Below are positions 26,631 through 38,889 of a DNA stretch of 64,000 bases, one piece after another. Source of the DNA: Clostridia bacterium (GTDB taxonomy: Bacteria; Bacillota; Clostridia; UBA1212; UBA1255). Position 1 is the first letter of the stretch. Every line of letters begins with the position of its first letter. Location: positions 12,363 through 76,362 of the forward strand of contig JAFWZX010000015.1 in the NCBI GenBank assembly GCA_017517275.1, read 5' to 3'. Made by a program: the position numbers and the translations under genes. Under the pieces are notes generated by a model, which was not told where the DNA came from, searched no databases, and saw only the letters and a program-made list of their open reading frames with translations.

Positions 26631-27410
26631 TTAAATGATTATCGTATTTGCTTCTTTGGCAGCCCGCATTAGTGAATCTGAAACTTCATCATCTGTAACT
26701 AAAACGTCTACTGAGTTTAAATCTGCAAAGGTAAATAATAATGTTTTGCCGATCTTGCTGCTGTCAAGAAGTACAATAGTTTGTTTGGCTTTAGATATAA
26801 CTTTTTTCTTCAGCTCTGCTTCATACATATTTGATACGGAAAAACCGCTGTCTAATGAAAAAGCTGAAGCTGAGATAAAGGCACACTCAATATTAACCTT
26901 GTCTATATAAGCAAGAGAATCTGTGCCGGAAACTGATAAGGTCGCACGGTTAACTGTACCGCCCGGAATGATAACGTTGATATTTGAATGGGCAACAAGC
27001 TCCTGACTTACGTTTATACCTGTAGATATAACGTTCATATAGTCGTTGGGGAGGATTTTGGCAAGAGCCATCATAGTAGAGCCTGCATCAAAGAATATTG
27101 AAGAATTTTTTTTAATAAATTGTAGAGCTTTTTGCGCAATAAGCTGCTTTGCATGAACGTTTTGCTGAGCTCTGAAGTTGTATTCATTTTCGTCGTTGGA
27201 AGGGGACATAACGTTTCCGTTACTAAGTTTTTTTATACTCATTACGCCGCCTTGAGTTCTGACTACGAGGCCTCGTTCTTCGAGGTAAATTAAATCCCGA
27301 CGTATCGTCATAGACGATACGTCGGGGAATAAATCGCATAGAAAAGAGAGTGAAACATCACCGTATTGATCAATTATTGATAATATTGCGTTTCTTCTCT
27401 CTGTCGGCAT
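26631..27410 (-). CDS. DeoR/GlpR-family transcriptional regulator
   Basis: N-terminal HTH (RRNAILSIIDQYGDVSLSFLCDLFPDVSSMTIRRDLIYLEERGLV) plus a DeoR C-terminal sensor domain. Confidence 0.85.
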   Translation of the reverse strand: MPTERRNAILSIIDQYGDVSLSFLCDLFPDVSSMTIRRDLIYLEERGLVVRTQGGVMSIKKLSNGNVMSPSNDENEYNFRAQQNVHAKQLIAQKALQFIKKNSSIFFDAGSTMMALAKILPNDYMNVISTGINVSQELVAHSNINVIIPGGTVNRATLSVSGTDSLAYIDKVNIECAFISASAFSLDSGFSVSNMYEAELKKKVISKAKQTIVLLDSSKIGKTLLFTFADLNSVDVLVTDDEVSDSLMRAAKEANTIII

Positions 27411-27417
27411 ATGTTAA

Positions 27418-29889
27418 TTACACACCTTTCTTTTCTGTACGGATGCGCTCGTTGTTTGTAAAGTTAACGTTAGGAGTATTTACAAAGCCTTTGAGCGGGA
27501 GAATCTTTTCGTTGATTGCATCCAAGAACCATGACGGCTGCGGGAAGAAATCAGCGTCAAATTCGTATGCAGGAGTAATCCAGTTCTTAGCACCGATAAC
27601 AACAGGCGGAGCATCTAAGTAATCAAATGCCATCTCGCTGATGTTCTGAGCAATATTGTTAAGATATGAGCCTCTTGAACAAGCATCGGAAGCTAAAACA
27701 ATGCGTCCTGTTTTCTTAACTGACTCTAATACTTTCTCGTAGTTGAACGGAACGAGTGAGCGTGCGTCGATAACTTCTGCGCTGATACCGTACTGTTCTT
27801 CTAACATCTTAGCTGCCTTAAGAGCATTGTAAAGAGTATAACCAACAGTAAGGATAGTGATATCTGTACCTGCTTTTTTGATATCGGGCTCGCCGAAAGG
27901 AATCTCATAGCTTTCTACAGGAACGCCGCCCTCGTGGAACTGCTCGCCGTAGTCATAGAGTCTCTGGCTTTCGAAGAATACAACAGGGTCAGTTCCGTTA
28001 AGAGCTGTTGTCATAAGACCCTTTGCATCATAAGGTGTAGCAGGGAAGCAAACCTTAAGTCCCGGAATATGAGCACAAAGTGACGTCCAGTCTTGTGAAT
28101 GCTGAGCACCGTACTTAGAACCAACTGATACACGGAGTACGAGAGGCATCTTAAGAACGCCTGCGCTCATAGCCTGCCATTTTGCCATCTGGTTGAAGAT
28201 TTCGTCGCCTGCACATCCGAGGAAGTCGCAGTACATGAGCTCTACTATAGCACGGCCGCCGCTCATACAGTAACCAACGCCTGTACCAACTATAGCGGCT
28301 TCTGAAATAGGTGAGTTAAAGAGTCTGTGATAAGGAATAGCTTCTGTAAGTCCTCTGTAAACAGCAAATGCGCCGCCCCAGTCTCTATTCTCTTCGCCGT
28401 ATGCAACTAACGTAGGATCTTCATAGAATTTATCTAAGATAGGTTCGAAGATAGCGTCTCTGTATTGGAATACTTTATTCTTAGATACAGGTTTGCCGTT
28501 CTTATCGAAGCCGAATCTTTCTTTCTTGGAAATCTGGATAACTCTCGGGTTTTCTTCCTTGGGCATGAGTACGTCCGGCTCAGCGTCAAGAAGCTTAGGC
28601 TCGTGACCTTCTGAGAACATGAGGTCTTCCAATTGACGAGGATTCTTGATGAAGTCCATTCTTGGTGATTTCTCTGTATCAACTGCCCAACCGCAGATCT
28701 TAGTAATAAGCTCTACACATGCTTTGTCGATTGCATCGAATTCAGCGCTTGTTGCAACGTTAGCAAGAATAAGATTTGTCTTAAACTCTTTAACTGAATT
28801 GCCTTCAAACCACATATCGATTTCTTCTTTTGTTCTGTAAGAAGAAGCGTCTGAAGGTGAGTGGCCTGTTGTTCTGTAAGTAAGAGTATCGAGAAGAACA
28901 GGACCTTTTTTCTCGAGAAGAAGCTGCTTCTTTCTGCGAACTGCATCAATAACTGCCAGAGGGTTGTAACCGTCAACTCTCTCTGCGTACATTTGCTCAG
29001 GGTTAACACCTGCGCCGATACGAGCAACGAATTCGTAACCCATTGTTTCACCGTTTGTCTGTCCGCCCATAGCGTATTGGTTGTTGTAAACGTTAAAGAG
29101 AATTGGCAGGCCGCCGTTCATGTCGCCTTCCCAGAGCTTCTTGTACTGATCCATAGCTGCAAAGGAAAGAGCTTCCCAAACAGGACCACGACCCATAGAA
29201 CCGTCACCGATATTAGCAACAACGATACCGGGCTTTCTGTTTACTTTTTTAAAGAGGGCACTACCTGTAGCAACTGTTGCGCTGCCGCCAACGATGGCGT
29301 TGTTAGGATAGATACCGAAAGGACAGAAGAAAGCGTGCATAGATCCGCCCAGTCCCTTATGGAAACCTGTCTCACGAGCAAAAATCTCAGCCAGTGTACC
29401 GTAAATAAGGAAGTCGATTGCCAGTTCCTTAACTGTAGCTTGGTCGCCTTGAACAATCTTAAGAATAGCGCCGTCAAAGTAGCTTTCCATAATGTCCATT
29501 AATTCTTTGTCGCTGAGCTTTTCGATTGCTGATAAACCTTTAGCGAGAATCTCACCGTGTGATCTGTGTGAACCGAAAATCCAGTCGTTAGTATCAAGTA
29601 CATAAGCCTGACCTACAGCTGATGCTTCCTGACCGATTGATAAGTGAGCCGGTCCCGGATGGCTGTACTGAATTCCGTTATATTCACTCGTTGTCTTAAT
29701 GCTGTTTAACATAAGCTCGAATTCTCTTATGATAAACATATCTCTGTAGATACGTAAGAAGTCTTCTTTTGAATAATTAGCTTTTTCTTCTTCAATTGTC
29801 TTGTTGTACTGGTTTAATGGAGTATCCTGGTACTTAATCCAACCTGATTTTCTGACTTCTTTCTGGTCAATAAATTGTGACTTTGGCAT
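27418..29889 (-). CDS. 2-oxoacid (pyruvate/acetoin-type) dehydrogenase E1 component, fused alpha+beta subunits
   Basis: 823 aa. The alpha part has the TPP motif [19 protein letters not shown]. The beta-like part begins around residue 480 (transketolase-like pyrimidine-binding and C-terminal domains). Confidence 0.85.
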   Translation of the reverse strand: MPKSQFIDQKEVRKSGWIKYQDTPLNQYNKTIEEEKANYSKEDFLRIYRDMFIIREFELMLNSIKTTSEYNGIQYSHPGPAHLSIGQEASAVGQAYVLDTNDWIFGSHRSHGEILAKGLSAIEKLSDKELMDIMESYFDGAILKIVQGDQATVKELAIDFLIYGTLAEIFARETGFHKGLGGSMHAFFCPFGIYPNNAIVGGSATVATGSALFKKVNRKPGIVVANIGDGSMGRGPVWEALSFAAMDQYKKLWEGDMNGGLPILFNVYNNQYAMGGQTNGETMGYEFVARIGAGVNPEQMYAERVDGYNPLAVIDAVRRKKQLLLEKKGPVLLDTLTYRTTGHSPSDASSYRTKEEIDMWFEGNSVKEFKTNLILANVATSAEFDAIDKACVELITKICGWAVDTEKSPRMDFIKNPRQLEDLMFSEGHEPKLLDAEPDVLMPKEENPRVIQISKKERFGFDKNGKPVSKNKVFQYRDAIFEPILDKFYEDPTLVAYGEENRDWGGAFAVYRGLTEAIPYHRLFNSPISEAAIVGTGVGYCMSGGRAIVELMYCDFLGCAGDEIFNQMAKWQAMSAGVLKMPLVLRVSVGSKYGAQHSQDWTSLCAHIPGLKVCFPATPYDAKGLMTTALNGTDPVVFFESQRLYDYGEQFHEGGVPVESYEIPFGEPDIKKAGTDITILTVGYTLYNALKAAKMLEEQYGISAEVIDARSLVPFNYEKVLESVKKTGRIVLASDACSRGSYLNNIAQNISEMAFDYLDAPPVVIGAKNWITPAYEFDADFFPQPSWFLDAINEKILPLKGFVNTPNVNFTNNERIRTEKKGV

Positions 29890-29917
29890 AAATCATTACC
29901 TCTTTCCTTTATATTTA

Positions 29918-31285
29918 TTAGTGAAATTCAAAAATACCTTCACGGATTACTTCGCATACAGACGGGTGAGGGAATACGAGTTGTTTGATGTCGTTAATTG
30001 GCATCTCTGTTTCGATCATCATGCCTGCGCCGTATATAATCTCAGATGAATAGTTACCGATCATGTGAACACCGATAACGTTTCTGTACTTTTTATTGAT
30101 AAGTACTTTAATGATGCCGTCTCCGCCTTCGTTTTCTGCAACATATCTGCCTGAGTACATCATAGAAAGCTTAACTACTTCGTAGTCAATGCCTTTGTTC
30201 TTAGCTGTCTCTTCTGTCTCACCAACACCTGCAACTTCAGGATTTGTGTAGATAACTGAAGGAATAGCGTTATAACGCATTGTATCTTTAATGCCAAGAA
30301 TATCGTTGATTGCAACTTCTGTTTCTCTGTATGCAGTGTGAGCAAGCATTGAATAACCGTTAACGTCGCCTGTTGCGTATACGCCGGCGATATTTGTACG
30401 GCCTTTGTTATCTGTCTTGATTTTGCCGCGCTCTGTTTCAACACCGATAGTCTCTAAGCCAAGGCCTTCTGTGAACGCTCTGCGGCCGATACTAAGGAGA
30501 ACTTTGTCTGCTGCAACTTCAAAAGTCTTGCCGTCAGCTTCGTAAATAACTTTGCCGGGCTCAACGCCTGTAACTTTGCAGCCAAGGTTAAACGTAACGC
30601 CTTTTTTCTGATAGTTCTTAAGAAGAATCTCAGAAATCTCAGCGTCTGTAGGACCTGCAATCTTATTCATCATTTCAATAACCGTTACTTTTGAACCGGC
30701 TGTATTGAAGTAAGAAGCCATCTCAAGACCGATTACACCACCGCCGATTACAGCTAAGTTTGCAGGAACTTCTTCTAAGTCAAGAATCTCACGGTTAGTG
30801 AGAACAAAGCCTGATTCTAATCCTTCCTTAACACCCGGAATCGGGGGAGTTACCGGTACGGAACCTGTAGCGATAAGAAGTTTTGCACCTGTATATTCTG
30901 TATCTCCTGCTTTAACTGTGAAGCCTTCTGCTGTTCTGCCTGTGATAGTAGCAACTTCCATAACAGTAGTTACTTTAACTTTCTTAAGCTTTGATTTGAT
31001 ACCGCCAACGAGAGTTGATACAACTTTATTTTTACGGCCGACTACAAATTTATGGTCGAGCTTAAGACCTTCAGCGCTGACACCGTATTTTTCACCGTGA
31101 GCAGCACCGTCATAGATCTTTGCAGAGTAGAGGAGAGCTTTTGAAGGAATACATCCTTCGTTTAAGCAAACACCGCCGATAAATCTTTTTTCGATAAGTA
31201 ATGTGTTCAGACCTGCTTCGCCTGCGCGTTCAGCTGCTAAGTATCCTGCAGGACCGCCACCGATTACGATTAAATCATATACCAT
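29918..31285 (-). CDS. lpdA: dihydrolipoyl dehydrogenase (E3)
   Basis: VIGGGPAGY and the redox disulfide GGVCLNEGCIPSK. C-terminal HPSVCE. Confidence 0.9.
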   Translation of the reverse strand: MVYDLIVIGGGPAGYLAAERAGEAGLNTLLIEKRFIGGVCLNEGCIPSKALLYSAKIYDGAAHGEKYGVSAEGLKLDHKFVVGRKNKVVSTLVGGIKSKLKKVKVTTVMEVATITGRTAEGFTVKAGDTEYTGAKLLIATGSVPVTPPIPGVKEGLESGFVLTNREILDLEEVPANLAVIGGGVIGLEMASYFNTAGSKVTVIEMMNKIAGPTDAEISEILLKNYQKKGVTFNLGCKVTGVEPGKVIYEADGKTFEVAADKVLLSIGRRAFTEGLGLETIGVETERGKIKTDNKGRTNIAGVYATGDVNGYSMLAHTAYRETEVAINDILGIKDTMRYNAIPSVIYTNPEVAGVGETEETAKNKGIDYEVVKLSMMYSGRYVAENEGGDGIIKVLINKKYRNVIGVHMIGNYSSEIIYGAGMMIETEMPINDIKQLVFPHPSVCEVIREGIFEFH

Positions 31286-31299
31286 AATTAAAACACTCC

Positions 31300-32640
31300 T
31301 TATTTAATAAGCATCATGTTGAAGTTTTCAAGGTTTTTGCAAAGTTCCTGTAAAAATCTTGCTGCAGGTGCGCCGTCCAATGCTCTGTGGTCAAATGTAA
31401 GAGACAGAGTCATAGCCTGGTACATTTTCATTTCACCGTTAACGTTCTTAATACGTGTTTGAAGTGTATTAACACCGATGATACATGTTTGCGGAGGATT
31501 GATAACAGGTGTGAATGATTCAATACCGAGTGTACCTAAGTTTGTAATTGTAATCGTGCCACCCTTGAGAAGGTCAGGATTAATAGTGCCTTCCTGAGCG
31601 CTTGTGGCAAGCTTCTTAGCTTCGATAGAGATCTCGTTAAGAGACTTTGTGTTGGCATCCATAAGAGTAGGAACCATAAGACCTCTTGGAGTATCAACTG
31701 CGATACCAAGGTGAGCATTTTTGAAATATCTCATAACTGTACCATCTTCGATGAAGTTAGCATTACAATCTTTGTGATTGAGAACAACTCTTGATACGGC
31801 ATAGAGAATAATATCGTTGATCGTAATGTTTGCAAGACCCATTGTCTCGCGAACTTCTTTAAGCTGCTTTCTGAAGTTTAAGATGTTTGTAGCGTCGAAA
31901 GAAGCGTTGAGTGTAAGCTGAGCCATTGTTGAAAGGGAAGCGTGCATTGATTTTGAAATAACTTTACGGATATTCGGAATCTTAACGTCTTCGTATTCAG
32001 GAGCCGGAGCTACAGGAGCTGCTGAATTTGCAGGAGCTGCTGCCGGTGCGTCTAAATCTGCTGTAGAGATTCTGCCGTTGAAGCCTGTACCTGTCATGTC
32101 GCTTGTTGCCTGTGCACTTGCTGCATACGTTGTATTAGCACCTGATGCAACGAAATTCTTAACGTCACTCTCAATGATGCGACCGTAAGGGCCTGTGCCG
32201 GCTACGAATGCTGTGTTAACACCTGTTCTCTCAGCATAAGCTCTTGCTCTGGGGGATACGGGAGCGCCTGCCTGAACGTTTGCAACAGGAGCGCTTGCAG
32301 TAACTACAGCTGCTGCCGGAGCATCTTCTTTTGCGGGAGCTGCTTCTTCCGCCGGAGCTGCCTCGCTGCCTGCATTTGGATTGAATTCTTCAAAACTCTC
32401 TCCGGGGTTACCAATAACACATACATTTAATAAACAAGGAACATCGTCGCCCTCTTCAAAGAAGATAGCAAGTACTGTTCCTTCTAATTTTGATTCTTCG
32501 TCAAATGTTGCTTTGTCTGTTTCGTAAGTAAAGAGCATATCGCCAACTTTAACTTGATCGCCAACTTTAATATTCCACTTGGAAATAATACAGCTCTCAA
32601 CAGACTGACCTTGTCTGGGCATAATTACCGGTGTTGCCAT
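31300..32640 (-). CDS. dihydrolipoamide acyltransferase (E2), single lipoyl domain
   Basis: Lipoyl-Lys motif YETDKATFD, an Ala/Pro-rich linker, and the catalytic LTFDHRALDGAPAARFL. Confidence 0.9.
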   Translation of the reverse strand: MATPVIMPRQGQSVESCIISKWNIKVGDQVKVGDMLFTYETDKATFDEESKLEGTVLAIFFEEGDDVPCLLNVCVIGNPGESFEEFNPNAGSEAAPAEEAAPAKEDAPAAAVVTASAPVANVQAGAPVSPRARAYAERTGVNTAFVAGTGPYGRIIESDVKNFVASGANTTYAASAQATSDMTGTGFNGRISTADLDAPAAAPANSAAPVAPAPEYEDVKIPNIRKVISKSMHASLSTMAQLTLNASFDATNILNFRKQLKEVRETMGLANITINDIILYAVSRVVLNHKDCNANFIEDGTVMRYFKNAHLGIAVDTPRGLMVPTLMDANTKSLNEISIEAKKLATSAQEGTINPDLLKGGTITITNLGTLGIESFTPVINPPQTCIIGVNTLQTRIKNVNGEMKMYQAMTLSLTFDHRALDGAPAARFLQELCKNLENFNMMLIK

Positions 32641-32754
32641 TAAAAAACCTCCTAAAAATTTGATACGATTTTACAAAGTGATGTTAAAAAATAACACAAC
32701 CTGAAATATTATAACATGTATTGCGCATAGGAGTTATTAATAAAGTGTGAACTG

Positions 32755-33972
32755 TTAACTGAGGTCACAAACGTCTTTTCTTGGTCTGTAAGCCCATTTC
32801 CCGCCTGTAAAATCAGGCATTTCCTGTGGCATTCCGCCTTGCTGTATTGACATCTCTGACAGCACCGTTACGGCTTGCCATGTGGCTGCATCGTATATAT
32901 CGATAGGCATTTCGCTTCCGTCAATCAATGCACTGACAAAGGCATTATACGTAAGCCAATCCATTCCGCCGTGACCGGAAGCTTTATCTTCGGACGACAT
33001 GTTTTTAAGAAATGCCGGAAGATATTCAGCTTCGTATTTAACACCGTTGTTAAAGGCTTGCTTATAGTATTCTGTAGGCTCAAAAAATTCAGGATCGCCG
33101 TCGAGAAATACCGTATTAGTGTCCTGCATATACATTCCTTTTGTTCCGCGTACTGTAAAATCTCTGCTGTATGAACGTGGTAGCGTGGTGTCAAGTCGAA
33201 GGAGAATCGTCTCGCCGTTTGCACAAGTCAAAACAGTTGTGATAATGTCCCCTTGCTTGAAACGAGCATTTTTCATTTCCTCTGTAGCGTCAGTTCTGCT
33301 TTTGATGTATTCTTCGAGACCGGCGGCTTTTGTGGCGAAGGAGGATACTGTCAATATTCTGTTGCCTCTGTTAATATCCAGAAGCTTAGCAATCGGACCC
33401 AGATCATGGGTAGGGTAGTTGTCGCAACAGCGGTTTAAATAATTATCAAATCTGTAATGTCGCGTAACGTGTCCGTAAGAAATTTCGTTTCTTAAATCAT
33501 GTGAATATGAACCGGAACAGTGTACTATAGTGCCAAAAACGCCTTTGCGAGCCATTGAAGTTGCCAGAAGCTCATCTTTGCCCCAACAGCAATTTTCCAT
33601 AAACATATACGGTGTGCCCGTTTCTTCTTGCGTTTTTACAAGCTCAAAGCAATTTTCTATAGAGTATTCACCGCCAACCTCGCAAGCAACGGCTATTCCT
33701 TTTCTCATGGCATATATTGCCATCGTAGCATGTGCATCCCAACTGCTGAAAATGAATACGGCGTTTATCCCGTCTTCCTCAAGAGCTTCTTTCCAATCGG
33801 TAAAGCCTTTGGCTTTTTGTCCTGCTTCTTCCAATATTTTCAATCCATGGTCTACTCTGTCTTCGTATCGATCACAAACGCAGGTTATTTTTAATTCATC
33901 AATTCTTGTTAAGACGTGCTTAAGAAGACTTATGCCTCTTAGTCCCAGTCCTATAACACATGCATTAATCAT
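32755..33972 (-). CDS. Gfo/Idh/MocA-family NAD-dependent oxidoreductase (possibly GH109-like)
   Basis: N-terminal Rossmann ACVIGLGLRG. 405 aa, a typical family size. Confidence 0.65.
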   Translation of the reverse strand: MINACVIGLGLRGISLLKHVLTRIDELKITCVCDRYEDRVDHGLKILEEAGQKAKGFTDWKEALEEDGINAVFIFSSWDAHATMAIYAMRKGIAVACEVGGEYSIENCFELVKTQEETGTPYMFMENCCWGKDELLATSMARKGVFGTIVHCSGSYSHDLRNEISYGHVTRHYRFDNYLNRCCDNYPTHDLGPIAKLLDINRGNRILTVSSFATKAAGLEEYIKSRTDATEEMKNARFKQGDIITTVLTCANGETILLRLDTTLPRSYSRDFTVRGTKGMYMQDTNTVFLDGDPEFFEPTEYYKQAFNNGVKYEAEYLPAFLKNMSSEDKASGHGGMDWLTYNAFVSALIDGSEMPIDIYDAATWQAVTVLSEMSIQQGGMPQEMPDFTGGKWAYRPRKDVCDLS

Positions 33973-34139
33973 ATAACTATCACACTCCGAGAATATATTG
34001 TATGATATTTTATCCGGAAAGTAAATTTATTCCTTTTGTAACATATCCCGAAAAGGTGTGGGTTTGTCAAACATATGTTACACCGCTGTTGACAAATTGG
34101 TTTGCCCTTAATACAATAACAGCAACATTAAAAAAGAGG

Positions 34140-35612
34140 ATGATACGTGTGAATTTTAAAAAAATTACGTTGTTCTTACATAGTTTAATTCTTTTTGCTT
34201 CATTGTTTACAGGCTGTGGACCTCGTGAAGGTTGGACGTTGTCTGCACCGTCGTATAAGGGTGGAAAATTGTCTGAAAGCGTGTATAACATAGGTGACGG
34301 AATTACATATAATGAACAGGCTGTGGGCGGTAAACTTGCCGTGATAAGTGAAACAAGCAAAAAACAATTTAATAAATATCTTAATACACTGAAAAAAAGC
34401 GGATATACAAAAATTTCCGAAAATGAAATAAATAAAAATATTTTTGCTGAGTTTAAAAATGACAGTCATATATTACACGTATACTACGTTGCTGCGTACA
34501 AAGAAGTGCGGATAATTGAAGATTACGTGAGTCTGCCTACAACTGAGTTCGGATATACGTATACTCCTCAAGACGGCAAGGCAACTACTTTTTACCAATA
34601 CGGACTTATGACTGACCCGAAAGGTAGCGGTAACGCTGATTATAGTGACGGTAAGTATAAAAATAATGGTATGTTTTATATAATCCGCCTTTCTGATAAC
34701 AGTCTGATTCTTATGGACGGCGGTGCTAAATATCAAGCAACGAAGGAAGGTACCGGTGAGCTTATGAGCTTTCTGCGTGAGATAACAGGTACTTCAGAGG
34801 GTGAAAAAATAAGAATCAGTAGTATTATCATTACACATGCTCATTCAGATCATAAAAAATACGTAGAAAACCTTGTCAGAGATTACGGGGAAAATTTGAT
34901 TGTAGAAAGAGCTATGTATAATTTCCCGTCATCAAGTATTCTGAAAGGCAATACAACTTATGATGATTTTGGTAAAATGCTCAAGGAAAAATACCCTGAT
35001 ATTAAGTTCCTCAAGCCGCATACGGGACAAAAAATAAATCTCGCAGACCTACAGATTGAAATTGTTTTTACACATGAAGATTTTGTATCTGCTAAGACAG
35101 GTCTTACACAGATTGTAGATTATAATAATACATCTACCGTTATCAAGTATACGGTTAATGACAGAACTTTGCTGTTCCTCGCAGATATAGGCGGTCCATG
35201 GCAAGGCCCGCAGGAAGATTATGATGTGTTTGAATCAAGATTCCTGTCGATGTATGCAAGTGATGAAGGATATTTAGATGAAGAATCATATCTCCAGTGT
35301 GATTTTGTTCAGGTTGCTCATCATGGTATCAATTATTATATGGGAGAAATATACTCCGCTATAGAGCCTGAGTATGCTTTCTTTCCTCAGGTTGATATTA
35401 AATATTCCGATATGTACCATCCGTGCTATAGACAGGTTATCGGACAACTGTCTGATGCGGGAGTGGTAAGATCTAAAATGTATTTTATGAGTCGTTACAC
35501 CCATGCTGTGACAATCTCTCAGGCTGGTAGTATTTCTGTTGAAAAGTTTGAGATACGCGGTGCTGATGAAGGATATATGGATTATTTGGCGCAATATGAG
35601 CCGTTTAATTAA
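34140..35612 (+). CDS. lipoprotein with MBL-fold metallo-hydrolase domain
   Basis: Start at MIRVNFKK after AAGAGG. Lipobox LFASLFTGC. HxHxDH motif ITHAHSDHKKY. Confidence 0.7.
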   Translation: MIRVNFKKITLFLHSLILFASLFTGCGPREGWTLSAPSYKGGKLSESVYNIGDGITYNEQAVGGKLAVISETSKKQFNKYLNTLKKSGYTKISENEINKNIFAEFKNDSHILHVYYVAAYKEVRIIEDYVSLPTTEFGYTYTPQDGKATTFYQYGLMTDPKGSGNADYSDGKYKNNGMFYIIRLSDNSLILMDGGAKYQATKEGTGELMSFLREITGTSEGEKIRISSIIITHAHSDHKKYVENLVRDYGENLIVERAMYNFPSSSILKGNTTYDDFGKMLKEKYPDIKFLKPHTGQKINLADLQIEIVFTHEDFVSAKTGLTQIVDYNNTSTVIKYTVNDRTLLFLADIGGPWQGPQEDYDVFESRFLSMYASDEGYLDEESYLQCDFVQVAHHGINYYMGEIYSAIEPEYAFFPQVDIKYSDMYHPCYRQVIGQLSDAGVVRSKMYFMSRYTHAVTISQAGSISVEKFEIRGADEGYMDYLAQYEPFN

Positions 35613-35635
35613 TCACTATCCCATAATTTACGTAC

Positions 35636-36726
<1,091 letters not shown>

Positions 36727-36745
36727 TCAGAGGAGGATATATTAA

Positions 36746-37939
36746 ATGAATATACTCGTTATAAATTGCGGAAGCTCATCTTTGAAATATCAGCTTATCG
36801 ATTCTGAAACAGAAAACGTTCTTGCAAAAGGCCTTTGCGAAAGAATCGGTATCAATGACTCTTTTATTAAACAAACAGTTCCGGGTAAGGATGCCGTTGT
36901 CATCAACTGTGAACTTAAAGATCACAATGATGCTATAGCTCAGGTAATCAGCGCTCTTACCGATAAGGAGATCGGTGTTATTGCAGACCTTAGCGGTATC
37001 AGTGCGGTAGGTCACAGAGTTGTTCACGGTGGAGAGAAGTTCCACCAGTCCGTTATTATTGATGATAGCGTTATGCTGGCAATTGATCAATGCGTGCCGC
37101 TGGCTCCTTTGCACAATCCTCCGAATATTATCGGTATAAAAGCTTGCATGGCTGCTATGCCGGGAGTTCCTCAGGTTGCTGTATTCGATACGGCTTTCCA
37201 TCAGACAATGCCAAAAGAGTCATATATGTACGCTATTCCTTACGAATATTATGAAAAATACGGTATCCGTAAGTATGGTTTCCACGGAACGTCACATAAG
37301 TTTGTAGCAGAACGCTGTGCCCAGATCCTGGGTAAACCGATTGAAGATACAAAGATTATTACTTGCCATATCGGTAACGGCGGAAGCATAAGCGCAGTTA
37401 AGAACGGCAAATGCATCGATACTTCAATGGGCTTTACTCCGTTAGACGGTATTGTAATGGGTACGCGTTCAGGTATCCTTGATCCTGCCGTAGTTTTATT
37501 CCTTATGGAAAATGAAGGCTTAAATGAAAAGGAAATGAATAACGTACTTAACAAAAAGTCAGGTTTGGCCGGTATATCAGGTGTTAGCAGTGATATGCGT
37601 GACGTATATGCGGCAGCTCAGGAAGGAAATGAGAAAGCTCAGCTCGCTCTTGATATTTTTGCTCACAGAGTAAAGGCCTACATCGGCGAGTATTTTGCTG
37701 AGATGAACGGCGCTGACGCCATCGTTTTCACAGCAGGTATCGGTGAGAATGATATGGCAGCAAGACTTGCTTCAGTATCAGGTCTTGAAGCTATGGGCAT
37801 CGTAATTGATCCTGAGAAAAATAATCGTCGCGGCGGTGAATTCGAAATTTCCGCTGACAATTCTAAGGTTAAAGTATTCGTTATATCTACAAACGAAGAG
37901 CTTGCTATTACACGCGAGACAGTAGCATTAGTTAAATAA
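36746..37939 (+). CDS. ackA: acetate kinase
   Basis: [15 protein letters not shown] and [10 protein letters not shown]. Confidence 0.95.
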   Translation: MNILVINCGSSSLKYQLIDSETENVLAKGLCERIGINDSFIKQTVPGKDAVVINCELKDHNDAIAQVISALTDKEIGVIADLSGISAVGHRVVHGGEKFHQSVIIDDSVMLAIDQCVPLAPLHNPPNIIGIKACMAAMPGVPQVAVFDTAFHQTMPKESYMYAIPYEYYEKYGIRKYGFHGTSHKFVAERCAQILGKPIEDTKIITCHIGNGGSISAVKNGKCIDTSMGFTPLDGIVMGTRSGILDPAVVLFLMENEGLNEKEMNNVLNKKSGLAGISGVSSDMRDVYAAAQEGNEKAQLALDIFAHRVKAYIGEYFAEMNGADAIVFTAGIGENDMAARLASVSGLEAMGIVIDPEKNNRRGGEFEISADNSKVKVFVISTNEELAITRETVALVK

Positions 37940-37953
37940 TATTATTCATATTA

Positions 37954-38000
37954 CCCGAAGAGTATAGTATAGAGGTATATTCTTCGGGGTCTTGTATTTT
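37954..38000 (+). terminator. possible terminator after ackA
   Basis: cccgaaga (37954-37961) pairs with tcttcggg (37981-37988) around a 19-nt loop, then gtcttgtattttt. The loop is large, so this is weaker than the others. Confidence 0.4.
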
Positions 38001-38011
38001 TGGAGGTTTTT

Positions 38012-38758
38012 ATGGGAAAATCAGGCGATACAATAAAAATTAACACCGGTAAGACTCTTTTGGTTGCACATCAGGGATTATTTGTAAAAGAAAGAGGCAA
38101 TACCATTCCGGCTTTCCGTGATAGCTCGAAACGTAATTTCTTCGGAGCAGAATGTGACGTTCATACAACGACAGATAAGAAATTTGTTGTTATTCACGAT
38201 GAAACTACTGCTTCTCTTTCGGATACGAATATTAACGTTGAAAGGTCTACGTATGATGAAGTACGAAACGTCAAAATCAGATCTATCTACGAAGATACAA
38301 ATTATTCCGATGACGATATGAAAATTCCTTCTTTGGCTGAATACATTAATCTTTGCAAAGCTGGAAATATTTCATGTGTTATTGAACTTAAGAATCCTCT
38401 AAGCGAAGAAGACGTAAAACAGCTTATTGATGAAGTAACAGAGCTCTACACACTTGATAAAATAGTATTTATTTCTTTCCACTTTGATAATCTTACAAAG
38501 GTCAGAAATATTCTTCCGGCTCAGAAGCTTCAATATCTTGTAACAAAATTCGATGATAACGTTCTGGCAAGAATGAATGAATACAATATGGATATTGATA
38601 TCGCATGGCCTGCTTTGACGCAGGAGGTAATAGACGTGTGTCACTCAAACGGACACGTTGTAAATACGTGGACGGTAGATGATGCAGGTTTAATTGAGAA
38701 GTTTGTAGGTTGGGGAGTAGATTACATTACTACAAATTACTTTGAAAAGGCAGATTGA
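38012..38758 (+). CDS. glycerophosphodiester phosphodiesterase family protein
   Basis: LVAHQGL, NTIPAF and ECDVHTTTDKKFVVIHDE. ATG at 38012 follows GGAGG. Confidence 0.8.
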   Translation: MGKSGDTIKINTGKTLLVAHQGLFVKERGNTIPAFRDSSKRNFFGAECDVHTTTDKKFVVIHDETTASLSDTNINVERSTYDEVRNVKIRSIYEDTNYSDDDMKIPSLAEYINLCKAGNISCVIELKNPLSEEDVKQLIDEVTELYTLDKIVFISFHFDNLTKVRNILPAQKLQYLVTKFDDNVLARMNEYNMDIDIAWPALTQEVIDVCHSNGHVVNTWTVDDAGLIEKFVGWGVDYITTNYFEKAD

Positions 38759-38790
38759 AATAATAATAATAAAAATACACGAAAAAATGT

Positions 38791-38819
38791 TGTTGCATTG
38801 TGAAATTTTATCGTGTATA
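38791..38819 (+). promoter_or_regulatory. near-consensus sigma-A promoter upstream of rpmF
   Basis: TTGCAT (38791-38796), 17 nt, TATAAT (38814-38819). Confidence 0.55.
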
Positions 38820-38889
38820 ATAGCCAAGTTGATTTTAAGTCAGCTATAGATATTTAGTCAACTTGATTTGCGCAGGAGGTGTTAGCAAG

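Noticed and set aside
31990-32400. Repetitive GCT/GCA/CCG-rich DNA in the E2 gene (and similarly at 52160-52330 in the BCCP gene) that looks like a tandem repeat
   Set aside because: It is in frame within the CDSs and translates to the Ala/Pro-rich flexible linkers typical of lipoyl and biotinyl carrier proteins. It is not a CRISPR array or a non-coding tandem repeat.
34002-34139. 46-codon upstream extension of the MBL-fold lipoprotein ORF
   Set aside because: The internal start MIRVNFKK gives a proper lipoprotein signal peptide and has an SD. The extension has no signal-like features.
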